The position numbers and the translations under genes were made by a program. Below, in pieces: positions 24,478 to 24,506 of a stretch of DNA of 24,506 bases. Source of the DNA: a virus (lineage: Duplodnaviria; Caudoviricetes); the IMG/VR virus record IMGVR_UViG_3300035494_000006, positions 1 through 24,506 of that record; one strand, given 5' to 3'. The notes beneath the pieces were generated by a model. It saw nothing but the letters and a program-made list of their open reading frames with translations. It did no database searches and was not told the DNA's origin. The stretch's first letter is position 1; each line of letters begins with the position of its first letter.

Positions 24478-24506
24478 ATGAGTCAGAAAAAGAGCAATTC
24501 CTATAC

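Overview
This window is the late half and genome-end region of a T7-like podovirus (Autographiviridae-type architecture), with essentially all genes on the minus strand. In transcription order (right to left) the genes are: MazG-like NTP pyrophosphohydrolase, class Ia ribonucleotide reductase nrdA/nrdB, two small genes, portal, a 55-aa ORF, scaffold and a 3TM-type holin. Next comes a ~550-bp non-coding cassette (candidate sRNA, a perfect 14-nt anti-16S element, an atypical tRNA-Tyr and a structured capsid leader). It is followed by major capsid, tail tubular A/B, a gp13-like GNAT protein, three internal virion proteins, a gp17-like collagen adaptor, a collagen tail fibre split by a one-base frameshift at a G6 run, a fibre chaperone, a cupin-like protein, a second holin, and the small and large terminase. 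Three near-identical copies of a 20-bp candidate phage RNA polymerase promoter sit at T7 class-III-like positions. Positions 1-1045 are non-coding and probably span the genome end junction. They hold short-repeat arrays, a perfect extended -10 promoter and two identical NrdR-box-like 16-mers 33 bp apart. The most interesting signals are the orphan tandem NrdR boxes in a phage that carries its own ATP-cone-less RNR, the RNA cassette between the late promoter and the capsid gene, and the homopolymer frameshift in the tail fibre. All calls come from reading motifs by eye; no searches or folding programs were run.
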